The translations under genes were made by a program, and so were the position numbers. Shown in pieces: positions 38,136 to 51,094 of a DNA stretch of 52,670 bases. The notes beneath the pieces are model-generated. The model searched no databases and was not told the DNA's origin. It saw only the letters and a program-made list of their open reading frames with translations. The stretch is from Octopus bimaculoides (taxonomy: Eukaryota). The stretch spans positions 1,798,888-1,851,557 of the forward strand of contig NC_068992.1 of the NCBI RefSeq assembly GCF_001194135.2. Reading direction: 5' to 3'. Within the stretch, counting starts at the first letter, position 1; the number at the start of each line of letters is the position of its first letter.

Positions 38136-39032
38136 ATTTGCATAACTATGTCATGGTATTATTGTCTCTAATTCTACCTGATTTTTCATCCCTTCTTACT
38201 CGATGTTATATTCATCATGTTACTCCCACAGTAGAATTAAATTCTATATGCTCATTGCTAACATTTCCAGTAAGGTACAAAAATACGCTATTACAACAGT
38301 TAAAAGGAAACAAAATCCCGTTCGAGCACTAAATTGAAATTATTTCATCGAAGACAAAAGCTAGTTGGTCTTACCTGAAGCACTCAAGAAAGAGCAGAAT
38401 TCAGAAACAATGAAACGAAAGGAATAGTTTAGCTATCATGTGAAAACTCGTGAAGAAAAGGCATTTTCAAGGAAAGTAATTTCAAATAGAAAATTGTCAA
38501 AATTCTTCGTCGTGATTTTAACACTTCTAAATAATAACCCTTAAAGCTTTACACCAACACTGACCCTATTTTCTCATCCCAAATGCTAAATTCTAACACC
38601 TAAACCTTGTAACTCCCTAATGATGTATATATTTGCCATTGTAGTCAACGAACATATTCTGTTTTCAATTGTATTTTTGTTTCGTAGACTAAACACAGAT
38701 ATCTAATTCTTCATAGACAAACAAAGCTAACTTTTTTTTTTAGAAAATTGCTTATTGTAGGATTTATTTTTGATTCAGTTCAATTATTCTAATTTTATTG
38801 AGTGTTTTTCCTTTAAATCATTGGAGAATGTAGCACCTGATATAGCAGGTCCCCAGGTTTGTAAAAACTGCATTGATTGTGACCATAAAACATTTGACCA
38901 ATCATGATTAAAGTGGTTCTAAAAACGTGAATTTATTCTTTTCTACACAACTGTCTTTACTGCTCTAACTTCACTTCGAGGTTATTTAAAGGTAGCCTCG
39001 TTAATTTACAAATTTCAGCTACTAGTATCAGC

Positions 39033-39166
39033 AAGGTGACAAGCTGGCAGAAACGTCAGCGTGTCAGAAAAAATACTCCGTGACTCTTTAGGTTCTGAGC
39101 TCAAATTCCGCTGAGGTCAAATGTTATTTTATCGTGGGTCGATAAAATATGTACCAGTTGTGCACT
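39033..39166 (+). mobile_element. SINE family A, older copy truncated at 39166
   Basis: aaggtgacaagctggcagaaacg..gagctcaaattccgctgaggtcaa..gtcgataaaatatgtaccagttgtgcact. Confidence 0.85.
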
Positions 39167-39412
39167 GAAATACTGCTAAGCATTTCGCCTGTGCGCTAAC
39201 GTTTCTGCCAGTTCTCCGCCTTATGACACCATTATTATTAATTATAGGAAAAGGCGGCGAGCTGGCAGAAACGTTAGCGCACAGGCGAAATGCTTAGCAG
39301 TATTTCGCCTGTCGCGACGTTCCGAGTTCAAATTCTGCCGAGGTCGAATTTGCCTTTCATTCTTTAGGGGCCGATAAATTTCAACCCTTGTGCCTATAGT
39401 AGAAAGGATTAT
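39167..39412 (+). mobile_element. SINE family A copy (39251-39412) preceded by an inverted duplicate of its first 56 bp (39167-39222)
   Basis: The arms are reverse complements at 54 of 56 positions, with a 28-bp spacer. Confidence 0.95.
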
Positions 39413-40741
39413 TATTTTCTGTGGTGGTGGTGGTGGTGTTGTTACTATTTTTCTCTAATATTTGCTCAAGAATATGCAATATGCTCCTGGATCAGTCTAG
39501 TGCTGTTAGGAGGCCAATATGAATTCAGTAAACATTTTCTCGGCTAAGCTTCCTGTTAGAAGTTTTAGTAAAATCTTTAATTCATTGCTGTTTATATATG
39601 CATATTTGAAATACTGTGCAACGGGAAAATGGTGATGACGGTGAAGAGTATAATAATGATGTTAGTCAAAGAAACAGGACTACTAACGATGTATTTTTTC
39701 GTCGCAGTGTTTCGTTTAATTTCACTAACACAATATTTAATTTCTCTGCCTACCATTCCTTCTTCCCTTCCTCCCACACATTTTCAGTATTTTTACTATC
39801 TCTCTCTCTACATCTCACTTCTGTCTCTTTTATTAAGTTTATATTAAAATCGACTATGTGCTAAGAATTACAAGATAAAATTCGATAGTTAATCTAACAT
39901 ATACACTGCATTCCACGGTCTTAAAGTGGTCGCTTCGCATTTCACGCATTGTCTATTAACAATGGCAACTGCAGTAGCGAGGGTTAAACATCAAAAATAT
40001 AGACTGAGTGTAGCTTAAGAAAACGTTACACACTCTACGGACTCTTTTAACTTTACGTTACCTTCGGCGAGAATTAATTTAATCAGTTATCATTTTATTT
40101 GACTTCATTCGTCCTTCTCTGTCACCTAAACTGACATAATTTCTATATCTGTCTCCCTCTTGCATCGTTTCTCTCTCTAGCGTTAAACACTATCTAAAAA
40201 TAACCAGACCGAATGCCACTTAAATCTCGAAATATATCAACAGAGGAACCAAGTACCGAGAAATGCTTTGAAGCTGACAAACATCGAGGTAAATTCAAGA
40301 AGTAATGTTGAAAAGTTACTCTTTATTCCTATGACATCAAAATAAACATAGTTATTGCTGACAAGCTTAAGTGACTGGTCAGCAAAGTCGGTGAAATCTG
40401 TCAATTAAAGAAATAAAGCTAATAACAGATATATCAGTTGGTTGCTGGTGTGAGCTGATGTCAGATTTATAGCTTATTTAAGAAGCTAGTGTAGAAATTC
40501 TATCTACAGAACTGTCTGTCCTTGCAGAAAAAAAAAACTGTTGGACAAATAATTACAAAAGACAAAGCTGTGTTGGCGCTGCTATTGCTTCTCTCTACAT
40601 TTTAGAGGATTTATTTTTACCACTAGAAGATTAAATGTTCGACTGACTGGGATACGAAATTGCAGAAGTGGTGGTGCATATCTTCTTCCCTGTACCGTAC
40701 TAAGTCTTTGTAGGACATTTTAAACCATGAACGAAGCATTA

Positions 40742-40950
40742 TACAGGGTGTCCACAAGGTTTGGGTACATGGAGTAAATAAAATCATGACATAAACAATT
40801 AAATATATGAAATAATAATTTCTTAAAGTATGTGTTAATCCCTGTAGATAAATATGTGTATCTCTGCTATAAAGTAGTACATTAAACAACATTTTTAATG
40901 ATTCGGCGGGATCGGTTGGAAATTCGTATTCTCCTGGTTTAGGCCACAGC
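40742..40950 (-). mobile_element. Tc1/mariner right end (transposase C-terminus remnant plus TIR)
   Basis: TA-CAGGGTGTCCACAA at 40742 is a typical Tc1/mariner terminus. The adjacent minus frame LKMLFNVLLYSRDTHIYLQGLTHTL loosely resembles EML..V..S..R...CI..QG.H.EH.L. Confidence 0.5.
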
Positions 40951-41188
40951 TTCATTTAACAGAAATAGCAATCAATTCTCCCTCAAAAGCTCTATAATAA
41001 GAAACCGTTTTCATTGATCAACATTATATCAATTTTAGATGCCAATAAAATGGTTTCCTCATTCCATTTCATTTCATTTACGTATTCTTATATATTAAAT
41101 ACTGATTTTCTCGGCAATAAAATTCCTATTTCAGCAGTGATTGTAAGCAGCTGTAGTAATCTATGAAATTTCGAAATATTGGGACATT

Positions 41189-41496
41189 GGCGCAGGAGTG
41201 ACTGTATAGTAAGTAGCTTACTTACCAACGACATGGTTCCGATTTCAGTCCCACTGCGTGGCACCTTGGGCAAGTGTCTTCCACTATAGCCTCGGGCCAA
41301 TCAAAGCCTTGTGATTGGATTTGGTACGCGGAAACAGAAAGAAGCCCGTCGTATATATATGTGTGTGTGTGTGTGTGTCTGTGTGTGTGTGTGTGTGTGC
41401 GCGCGTGCGCGTGCGTGTGTATGTTTGTGTGACCGTGTTTCTGCCCCCCCCAGCATCGCTTGAAAACCGATGATGGTGTGTTTACGTCCCCGTAAC
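41189..41496 (+). mobile_element. SINE family B (tRNA head, CORE-like, internal microsatellite; OR2-like from memory)
   Basis: ggcgcaggagtg..ttcagtccc (box-like motifs), ggcaccttgggcaagtgtctt (CORE-like), internal (TA)(TG)n, then gtgtttacgtccccgtaact. Collinear with 42478-42875. Confidence 0.92.
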
Positions 41497-41499
41497 TCA

Positions 41500-41600
41500 A
41501 ATTATCACAAGGCTGTGGGTTCGGTTCCTTGAGACAAGACACTTCAATTTACATTGCTCCTGTCTTCTCGGATGACATGGCCACCAACCGTGTGCACGTG
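41500..41600 (+). mobile_element. Fragment of a CORE-like SINE (C1-like head/body)
   Basis: gtgggttcggttccttgagacaagacacttcaatttacattgctcc resembles the C1 body seen at 32.9 kb. Confidence 0.45.
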
Positions 41601-41801
41601 TAACTTTTACTTTCCACAGCAATCACATACGTGTTGTTTCACTGCGTCCAGGTGTATGAATTTATAGGCGGTAAGCACATAACAACACAGTGAGCTAAAA
41701 CAATTAGCTTAATCTGGCTCCAGAGTCGTGGCTGTGGCATACACACACTCACACACACATGCATACATACATACACATGTAGATATATATATACGCACAC
41801 A

Positions 41802-41856
<55 letters not shown>

Positions 41857-42477
41857 CTTGTAGCATATTTCTTATACCACGTAGCATATATATCATGTGT
41901 TGTTTTTACGAGAGTGAAAATTACTCTAACTTTTTGACAATGACATTTTTGTTCAAAAGTATGTAAGACAATATATTTTTTTTATTACGTGGACAACAAT
42001 ACAGCAAAGATATAATTTAAAATATTTCAACATAAAATTCTAACACAGAATTTTAAAAGCAAAACATATTAGCGCACCATTTCATTCGCAAGTGTGTCAT
42101 TTTAATACAAGTCACTTTTTAACAGACAGACTATAATTTGCTCTAAATTATGAGCAAAATTACAGAATACATTCTTCTGAAATTGGCTTATTTCCAAAGA
42201 CTATGATGATTTGGTAGATTTATTGACAGCAATTCGTGTCTGACCTACGTCGTGTGACATATCATGGTGGAATATTTGTATCAAGTGGTATTAATTAGGA
42301 TATTGCACCCTCATGGTATTTCTGGCTGTAGCCGTCTTAATGTTACTTAGAAACAAGAATGCTTGTGTCATATTCAAGTGAAAGTCAACCGGTTACTGCT
42401 TTTATTTTTAGCCTTCATCATCTGCTTTTCTGTTCTCAGAATTTCTAATTCAGTGAGATAAACTACTCAGATTGAAA

Positions 42478-42632
42478 GAGTGGCTGTGTGGTAAGTAGTT
42501 TGCTTACCAACCACATGGTTCCGGATTCAGTCCCACTGCGTGGCACCTTGGGCAAATGTCTTCTACTATAGCCTCGGGCCGACCAAAGCCTTGTGAGTGG
42601 ATTTGGTAGACGGAAACTGAAAGAAGCCCATC

Positions 42633-42678
<46 letters not shown>

Positions 42679-42875
42679 ATGTATGTATGTATGTATGTTT
42701 GTGTGTCTGTGTTTGTCCCCACAACATCGCTTGACAACTGATGCTTGTGTGTTTACGTCTCCGTAACTTAGCGGTTCGGCTTACAAAGAATAATTCCTGG
42801 GGTTGATTTGCTCGACTAAAGGCGGTGCTCCACCATGCTCCAGCGGTGCCCCAGCATCACTGAAACAAATAAGAT
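42478..42875 (+). mobile_element. SINE family B, near full length
   Basis: Same head and CORE-like body as 41189; internal (TA)n(TATG)n; tail cctggggttgatttgctcgactaaaggcggtgctcc..ctgaaacaaataag. Confidence 0.93.
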
Positions 42876-43597
42876 AAAAAAAACATATTTGTTTTTCATT
42901 AGAAACATATACTCTTACTGCTTTGCTGTATCTCCACCATAACGACAATACACATCGTCGCTTCTTACCACACAGCCACAATTAAATAAAAGCATATGCT
43001 AGAAGAATGAATTGATGAGTTGGACAAGTAGACATGGATTAGCAATCCGAATAGAGTCTTCCTAGCTGAGACCAGGTGCCAAGACTGGTATAAATCGCCA
43101 TTCTAACCTAGAGCAGTGCTAAGAGTTGGATGAGCTATTCATTGGCTTTTCGTACTTAGTTTCTTCAATATAGCAAGAGAAGCTACTTGAAACAGACAAG
43201 TGATCACTCAAGTGGAAAATTTGGCTCGTAACTGCTTAATGTTATGAAAAACAGAATCCATGTATCTTTGTGATTTGGATAAAGAAAAGAAATATCCGAG
43301 ATAAATCAACATTTTTTGGCATCCTTCCTCCGCAGTCATTATCGATAATATTGATGGGAACGGAGAGTTCGGAGTAAAAAAGTAATAAAATAACAGTAAT
43401 CTCGAAGAATGCTTACCAGATCTCCTCGTGGTAAAGAATAGAGTTCTAAAGTATGGTTCCGGTTCGTGAGCTATTTTTGATTTTAGCATTGGTTTTGGTT
43501 AATAATGTATGCCTGAGAGCTTTCATATAAACCTATGACATCTAGTAGAAAGAATCAGTTGAGGATCGGCAAGTTTGAGGTTTTCCATTGATACCAC

Positions 43598-43665
43598 TCA
43601 CGTGATTAACTACTCAGGTTGTAAATTCGGTCGGTACGAAGGGGGCGTGAGCAGGCGGCCGGTCA
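43598..43665. promoter_or_regulatory. Small CpG-rich patch with TCACGTGA E-box and GGGGCGTG GC-box-like site
   Basis: Motifs at 43598-43605 and 43641-43649 in an otherwise AT-rich region. Motif presence only; no functional evidence. Confidence 0.2.
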
Positions 43666-45075
43666 GAGTTTTACATATCAGGTTTATCATTCAGCAAGAA
43701 ATTGTGTTTTATATAGTGTATAGAGGCGGTCAGTTTTTTTCTTTGTTGTTTTTGCGAGGTTATAGAAAGAAATAGCATTGTGAAAGCACGTGTTTGTGCG
43801 CACGCGAGAGCAATAGTGTGTGTGTGTGTGTGTGTGTGTCCAAATCATTCTCATATACATGTCCATACATGTGTTACATATATACGTACTTGTGTGTGTA
43901 TCTGCATACAGACATACATATATAGAATTTATATTAAACGAATTTTTTTTTTATCCGAATCAACAAAACAGTCATTTCTCTTTTCTTTGGCACCGAGTCA
44001 CTTTATCTAGAAATAAAAAATATAAAATCGATTTTTTTTCGAATCACCGTGGGGCCTCATTTTCTGAGAAGACCGATCATGAATCGGTGTGACGCTTATA
44101 CCCTACTGAACTTTACATTTTCTCTAGCGAGATGATCGCATTAAAATGCTTTGTTCCAATCTAAAGACTCTATTAAATATGAATTGGAACAACACTTACA
44201 CATATATATATATACGTATGTATTTTCAGAACATATGAAGTTGTGTTGAACGCAAAGTCAGTAATAAAAAATAACTTCTCAGAAACACCTCATTGGTGGT
44301 TACTTATAAAAAGGACTCTTTTAATAAAAACCTGCCAAACCACCGGAATAAGAATATGATTAAATTGACGCCATATTTAAATCTATTATTTCATTGAAAT
44401 ATCTCAGTGACAGTAGTTTACTCTATGTATTGATCCTTATTTTAAATAACTTTGGTTATAAGTTTTCATAAAGCAGGGGTGATTATTGAAAAATTGTGAT
44501 TCGCCTTCCTTTCACTTTATTGCATTACTGCAATTTATAAATACGTTGTGCATTAATGGTCAATCCTTATTTTATCATGAACTCAGACTGCAGTGGAAAG
44601 AACTGTATCGACGTCATTGTCAAGTTCGGCTTTGATGTTTACAGAACTTTACTGTCCACTAAGGTGGCACTCTACTCGAGTAATTTTGTGTATGACACAT
44701 AGATGAAAGAGAAAGATCTTTGTGGATGTTCCAAAAGTTTTCACTGCAAAATCTGAACATATTCATTTTACCGTACAATCAGTGATTATTGTAGGGATCT
44801 GATTATACGTAATTGGCATTTTAATAGCTTCACACTTTCAGGCTCACAGATATCGTACAAATGAATAGCTTATATCACATGATGTATTTTGGAAATTTTT
44901 ACCTCCTAATATAAGGCAAAGACACACAGCGTAAGACTGGAGACTACAGAAGTTCGTTGCAGATAATGATTCTTAGTGCAGTGTGTCCAAATATATATAN
45001 NNNNNNNNNNNNNNNNNNNNNNNNNNNNNNNNNNNNNNNNNNNNNNNNNNNNNNNNNNNNNNNNNNNNNNNNNNN

Positions 45076-45107
<32 letters not shown>

Positions 45108-45849
45108 TTGCTTCCGAGTAAAGAAACTATCTTACCATAGAGATGTAATACCGCTGGAAGTATGCGACTCACTGAAATCTGTCGTCTCTGCCTTCCACAT
45201 GCTATATTTCCTGATGTCACGCTACGTAGGAACATTGTAGATCACGTCTCCAAATGGCACTATGAAATATTGGGAAAGAATTAGCAACACGCCACAATTA
45301 CATACACACTGAACTCCTGTGTCTATTGGGCGCCCTTTCTGTTGATTCAGCAACAATTCCAGGTTTGTAATAAATCCGTTTCCAAAATCAGGCATCCTCT
45401 CAAGCACCACTCACCTACCGTACCTCATTGTACAGTACAAAATATATATTCTTTTAATCTTACAATCCAGATACCACATTCATATTTTGTAGCCCTCAAG
45501 TCAGCCCTTATCCTATGGAATTATAACGAAAAGGTGTATCAGCTGTGACATATCTATCCTTTATTCAGTATCACAAAATTCCACGTTTTCGTAGGAAAGT
45601 ATTGTATGACATTTTGGACGTTTGGCAGCGAAATAGAACAGTTATAGCAACCGCTTGAAAGTGTTTCCCCAAATTGACAGAGTGCAATTTTGAATATCCC
45701 TATGGGGGATACACATATATTCTTTATACTTGTTATCTGAAGATGAAGTGACAGTAACGATGGCCTCTAAAGCCCCACTGTAAGTGTTACTATTCTTGGG
45801 TTATTGTAAGACAATATCTCCAAAAGTAGATGTAAATCGAATGGCCGAG

Positions 45850-47110
45850 GACATTTGAATCTAGATAACACGAGGTCTGCCACCTCTAAGGAGTACAGGT
45901 TATTATGGGAGCGGTGGATATGATAGAAAGAGAGGAATCAATCTGTAACTGCACCAGAACTTGGTGCGTGCGAATGAGTGACTTTGTGCCAAATAGTCTG
46001 TGTTAGTCTTTCGGTTTCAATTTAGGAGGTCTGATTGTGTAGAGCAGCAGGCATCATCAAGTGGAGCAGTGTTATTTGTCGGAGACACCCGAGTTTTGTA
46101 GAGCTTCACTAATTGTTGGAGAAGAGTCAATTGTTGGGATGCGGTCCTTGAAATTTTACGTATGTGCTTTCGTTAGATGATGTCTTCATTGACTGTGTGA
46201 TACGACATTCGGTGCTATCGGAAATGCGTTCGTGGCACGCTGCGTATATTTAATGGGTGATGATATATTCTTGATATGAGCATCATATGTGTCTGAGGAC
46301 CTACTATTAAAAGTGAGACTATTCCCATTCACCTAATTTCCCATTTCATTTAATTGGTGTGTGTTTTGCATTAGGTGTCTCCGTTGCGCGTGGATGATGT
46401 ATGACTGAAGAAGGTTTAAAAGATGTATGCGCAGACGAGAGTGTATCATCTGCTTACAAAAGGTCGTTGTATTGTATGGCAATTTGAAGGTCACTAATGT
46501 AGAGACGGATGATGAAGAAGCACATATACAGAAACTTATTCATGTCAGATTTGGGTAAGGGACAAAATTGAGGGATGCTGATAGAAATCTTTTTGTTGGC
46601 AGAATAACAAAAGATAACGAAGCCCTTCTACAGCGGAATGCTCCCTCGTTAGCTAACCTGCTTTTCTTCTTGTGTTGTTGGCCTTCAATGGAGGTCGATA
46701 GTAGCAGTGAACATTACGTCTTTTCATTGGTATATAATCTTTCTGGATTCACAGGAGGGTAAAGCATGCTTTTAGAAAAAATGTCTGCTGTTTCTAGTAA
46801 GTTATGCGTCCACGTGTCGGTTATTGCTTTATATTTTTCCATATTGATATCAACCAGCGGAAGGTCAAACAGAACACCAAGTGATCCATTCTGAAGAGAA
46901 GAATGAAATATTCGTCTATCACCCATTAATGGCCACTTCCCTCTACTTAAAGGTTAATTGCAGCTTCTTCAAAACTATTAGGAATTGCACAAAAGGATAC
47001 AGCTAACATCAATGCCACAGCAGCAGCTATGTGCACTGTTTCTGACTTGTTGGTTATCGAATATCTTTTTTAGGGACACTGGCCTTTGTCAGTGGTCCGA
47101 TACGAACCAA
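45850..47110 (-). mobile_element. Decayed CR1/Jockey-group LINE RT
   Basis: Minus strand: LMGDR.. (LSDRQYGF), TWTHNLLETADIFSK (T..W...L...DISKAFD), SIPQ (GVPQG), RLYISDLQIAIQYNDLL*ADDT (YINDL....YADDT, about 46445-46510), LQQLVKLYKTRVSPT (QLL.LYK.QIRP.LEY). Confidence 0.75.
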
Positions 47111-47896
47111 CATCATTTATTAGTCAGTAATCCATATACATATCGATTCAACTAGTCGTAACTCTTATTAATATACCCATTCACATTCAAAAACAAACGA
47201 CAAGCAAAATATATAAATAAACAAAACAAATACGTTCATCTGGTAAAATATATGAAACGTAATTTAATCCGTTTTTAGATTAATTCAGACATCCTGTAGC
47301 CCAGAGTTGATTAAGCTGTCTTGTGCCAGATTGAAAATGCTTTATTTTTTTAGTAGTTTACTATTTATTTCTCTTTATCTTTTCTTTTTGTTTTTTTTAA
47401 TTTATTTACGTATTTATTAATTTAACCGGAGAATAAATAAAGAAAACGACTGAAGGGAAAGGAGGGTTTCTCTTTGAATAATATGGCAGTAATTAATATT
47501 TAGGCAATATATCAAAGCCAAGTAATGATGAAAAGGTCCTTGATCAGCCTGGTAGTTTTTTTTTTCTTTTTTATACAGAGCAGACTTATCGATTACTTGT
47601 ATTTTACATTTATCTCTCGATAAATCAGTATATCGGTCAAGTATCTGAAGCAAAAATGACTGGGTCCAGTATTATATGTGATTACACGAAAGAATAGTGG
47701 GAGGAGACAAACTTCAAAATCAGCAAGTATTCATTGTGTAATCGTACCCTCCGGGAAACTAAACAATATAACTGAATATTCCAAACCAATAATAATGGGC
47801 ACTGGGTTTTTCTGTCTTATATAAACATATATTCTCTTACAAAAAAATACATTCACACACACATAATTCATATGCTAAACACACGCACATTGATAA

Positions 47897-47943
<47 letters not shown>

Positions 47944-48519
47944 ATAGCGTGTATGTAAATATGTTATATGTATCTCTGCGTGTGTGTATTTGTGTGTACG
48001 TATGTATATGTACTCACACCACCAATACACTTATATATACAAGAAGAAAAACAGAGTTGGGAAGAGAAAAATATGGATTTGAATCAATACTATATTGATC
48101 GATACGTATCCATAGCAAGCGATATATTGAGACGCTCAAAAATCTTCGAGAAGGCATTAGGAGGAAGAGTGGGAACATGAATTTGAAAAACGATCTATAT
48201 TGACCATGATAATAGGCGGCCACATAGAGCATAAACAACAAATAAGTGCAACAGGCTACTGTTTTGCTCCACTCTCAGCCGCTTAAATTTTCGTAACAGC
48301 AGTACACAATAAGAACATTTCTAGTTTGAGGTTATGAGATCTTAAAAGAAACTTAATATGGTTTCTGTGGTTGCGCATTGAGTGTTTCATATCAGTTATC
48401 GATTTCGCTGGCATTCTGTGACGAGTGACGTTTCAACAACACAACTGTTCTTTCAGTGAATGTTACACGGAGTAGAGGAGATGTCAGGTTAATCATATTC
48501 TATACGTTTTAATAAACAA

Positions 48520-49000
48520 CGGTAACACTTACTACACGGGTAGATAGTCGGTTACATTTGAATGTACTTCACCAGATTCTATCGTAGTACGTTGGAATTT
48601 CCCCACTCAGATTCACACACGTATTGCAGTGAAACTCCAGATTTTCCTAAGCCTTGTGAAAGAACTCGGAATTTTGGGCCTCCAACCAGGCCCTTTGCGA
48701 TACATTTAAAGCCAAGGACTTTATAGCACCTTCTCGAATATTCTATTTTTCCATGTGCCAGCTTGGCTTAGGGTAGCATAGCCAGATTATCAGTGGCTGA
48801 TGGGTTGATTCACCCCAAGTATTTTACAAATTGTGAATTACTTCCATTAGAGTAATTGGCTGTCTTGTCTGCAAAGTATCTGAAGATCCCACTGGATGGT
48901 AAGAGGGTGGCTTTGTAATGGAAAGCTTTCAAAAGACAGGATCAATTCAATGGGTATTTCACAGGACTTCAGAAATTACAGACTGGACTGTGGAATGTAG
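48520..49000 (-). mobile_element. Possible second CR1/Jockey-group RT C-terminal relic
   Basis: VKYLG, SLALNVSQRAWLE, FFHKA*ENLEFHC are loosely collinear with K.LGV..IAK.ASQKLGFL..LYKAQIRP.LEYC. Confidence 0.35.
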
Positions 49001-50027
49001 ACTGTGTGGACATTTGTGTGTTTCATTGAAGCGTGCAGTATTGGGAACAATATCATATAGCCATGATTAGCTAACCTTGACCTAATAACAATTAGAGAGT
49101 TTACTATATCTATGAGGAAAACTTTTATAATTAGCTTCAGGAAGTTCAAGCAAGATTAATGGCAAGGTCAAAGGTGAACGTAGGATTATACCAGACTACT
49201 CTTCTCTCTAACGTTTCGGATTTTCAAGTATGCAGAAGCAATTCTCCTTATGAATTATCCTATCAGTTCAACCACTTCTCTCTCGTCCCTCATTATAGTA
49301 GGATGCGACCCAGTTAAATCTTTCTGTTGATAATTTAGAAACTATTTTGAAGGAATCTGTAAATAAGTTTCTAATTACAGCTGTCGAGTAATATGGAGGT
49401 CAACGCTTGTTAGGTTAGTCGTAACAGCTATAAGGGTAAGATTTTTAAAGATTTTTTCAGCAAAAGATTCTTCCATGGTGAAGTTATTAATATGGCTTGA
49501 GGCTGCCACAACATCTCTCCTCTACGGGTCGAATATTGTGGGTGTTTTCTATGCTTTGATGTTATTCAGCGTTGATAACCTGTTGGAATCACCGACCTCA
49601 GCTCAGTCGTAGCTCCCCATGGATAAGTGGAGTCACCTACCGTCATACGTGTAGGAAATATCGTGAACTTGGATTGACATTCTACATTCATAACAATTTC
49701 GAAATCGAAGCTGATGATTCTGTCAAATGGTGTAGATAAATCGTTTACCGTTATGCGTGCGCTGCCAAAGGACAGAAATCTACAATATGGAACCCGGTGA
49801 ATTTTTAGACTGATTTATTCTTAACATTCAAAAACTTATATCAGAAGCTGTACAATGGAGTTTGACTCTTCCTTGTCGCTCTTTTGGCATTAGACTTGAT
49901 GGCATCGGGAATTGGCTTACTCAAAATACTTAATGAAGACTAATTCAACATATTATGTTCGATTAACGTTCATCAGAAAATCGCTGGTGGCTCTTGGAAA
50001 TTATACATTGGCGTGCAGGTAGTTTGG

Positions 50028-50078
<51 letters not shown>

Positions 50079-50675
50079 GTTTAATATTTTGTAAATTATT
50101 GCAAATAAGATCTATACACATCGATAACCGTCATTCGTTTCTTCGTCTTTTTTAGCAAATTTCTGACAAGTTGTTTCCATTTAAGAAAATGCTCAAACGC
50201 CAGTGCGTGTTCGATAGAGAATATGGAATATCAGGGTGAGTGTGAATCGGTGTGAGAGGATTGGTAGAATTTTAATCAGAGACAAAATATACCAGAAACA
50301 TCTTTTACTGAATTATTGCAGTAATTCTCAGATTACGAATACAACAAAGTAAATCCTAATCAGATATATTATTTTAATATGATTAACTGATTTACTTTTA
50401 GTAAAGATAGTTTGTCAATGGTTTATGAAACTGGTAAAAACTCAAACACAGGCAGAAATGTTTATCTAACGATAATTATTCCATTCTTTTGTAACACACA
50501 GAAATGTATAGAAATACATTCATCACACACATATATAGATATACACACGGGAATATACATGCATACATACATACATCAAAACAGTTAGATGACAGCTTTA
50601 AGATTATAAGATGTAACAACTGTAAAATTATGATTACGGAAAATGTTTTGCGTACAATACATCAGTTATATTCAT

Positions 50676-50676
<1 letters not shown>

Positions 50677-50707
<31 letters not shown>

Positions 50708-50835
50708 AATGACCATCACCACCACCACCACCACCACATCAACCACGACGATGGTTTTAGTTAAGCCAACTTATTATTATCTAAGCCTCTCTCTTGCTAC
50801 TTCTCTATGCATCATTTCGCCTCCCTAACTCCCTA

Positions 50836-50910
<75 letters not shown>

Positions 50911-51037
50911 CTCTCTCTTCACTAACGTAACTTCACAATTCTTCACCGACAATATTAATACCTATATTTGTATAGGACTGATACATGTTTTCGAATATCT
51001 CATGATGATAAAAGTGGTGGTGGTGGTGGTGATGATG

Positions 51038-51078
<41 letters not shown>

Positions 51079-51090
51079 AATGATGATGAT
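50677..51090. repeat. (GAT)n/(CAC)n, (CT)n and (GGT)/(GAT)n microsatellite cluster
   Basis: Directly visible. Confidence 0.95.
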
Positions 51091-51094
51091 GGGA

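Noticed and set aside
38520-38610. Telomere-like TAACCC-rich stretch
   Set aside because: Too degenerate, with no consecutive perfect units.
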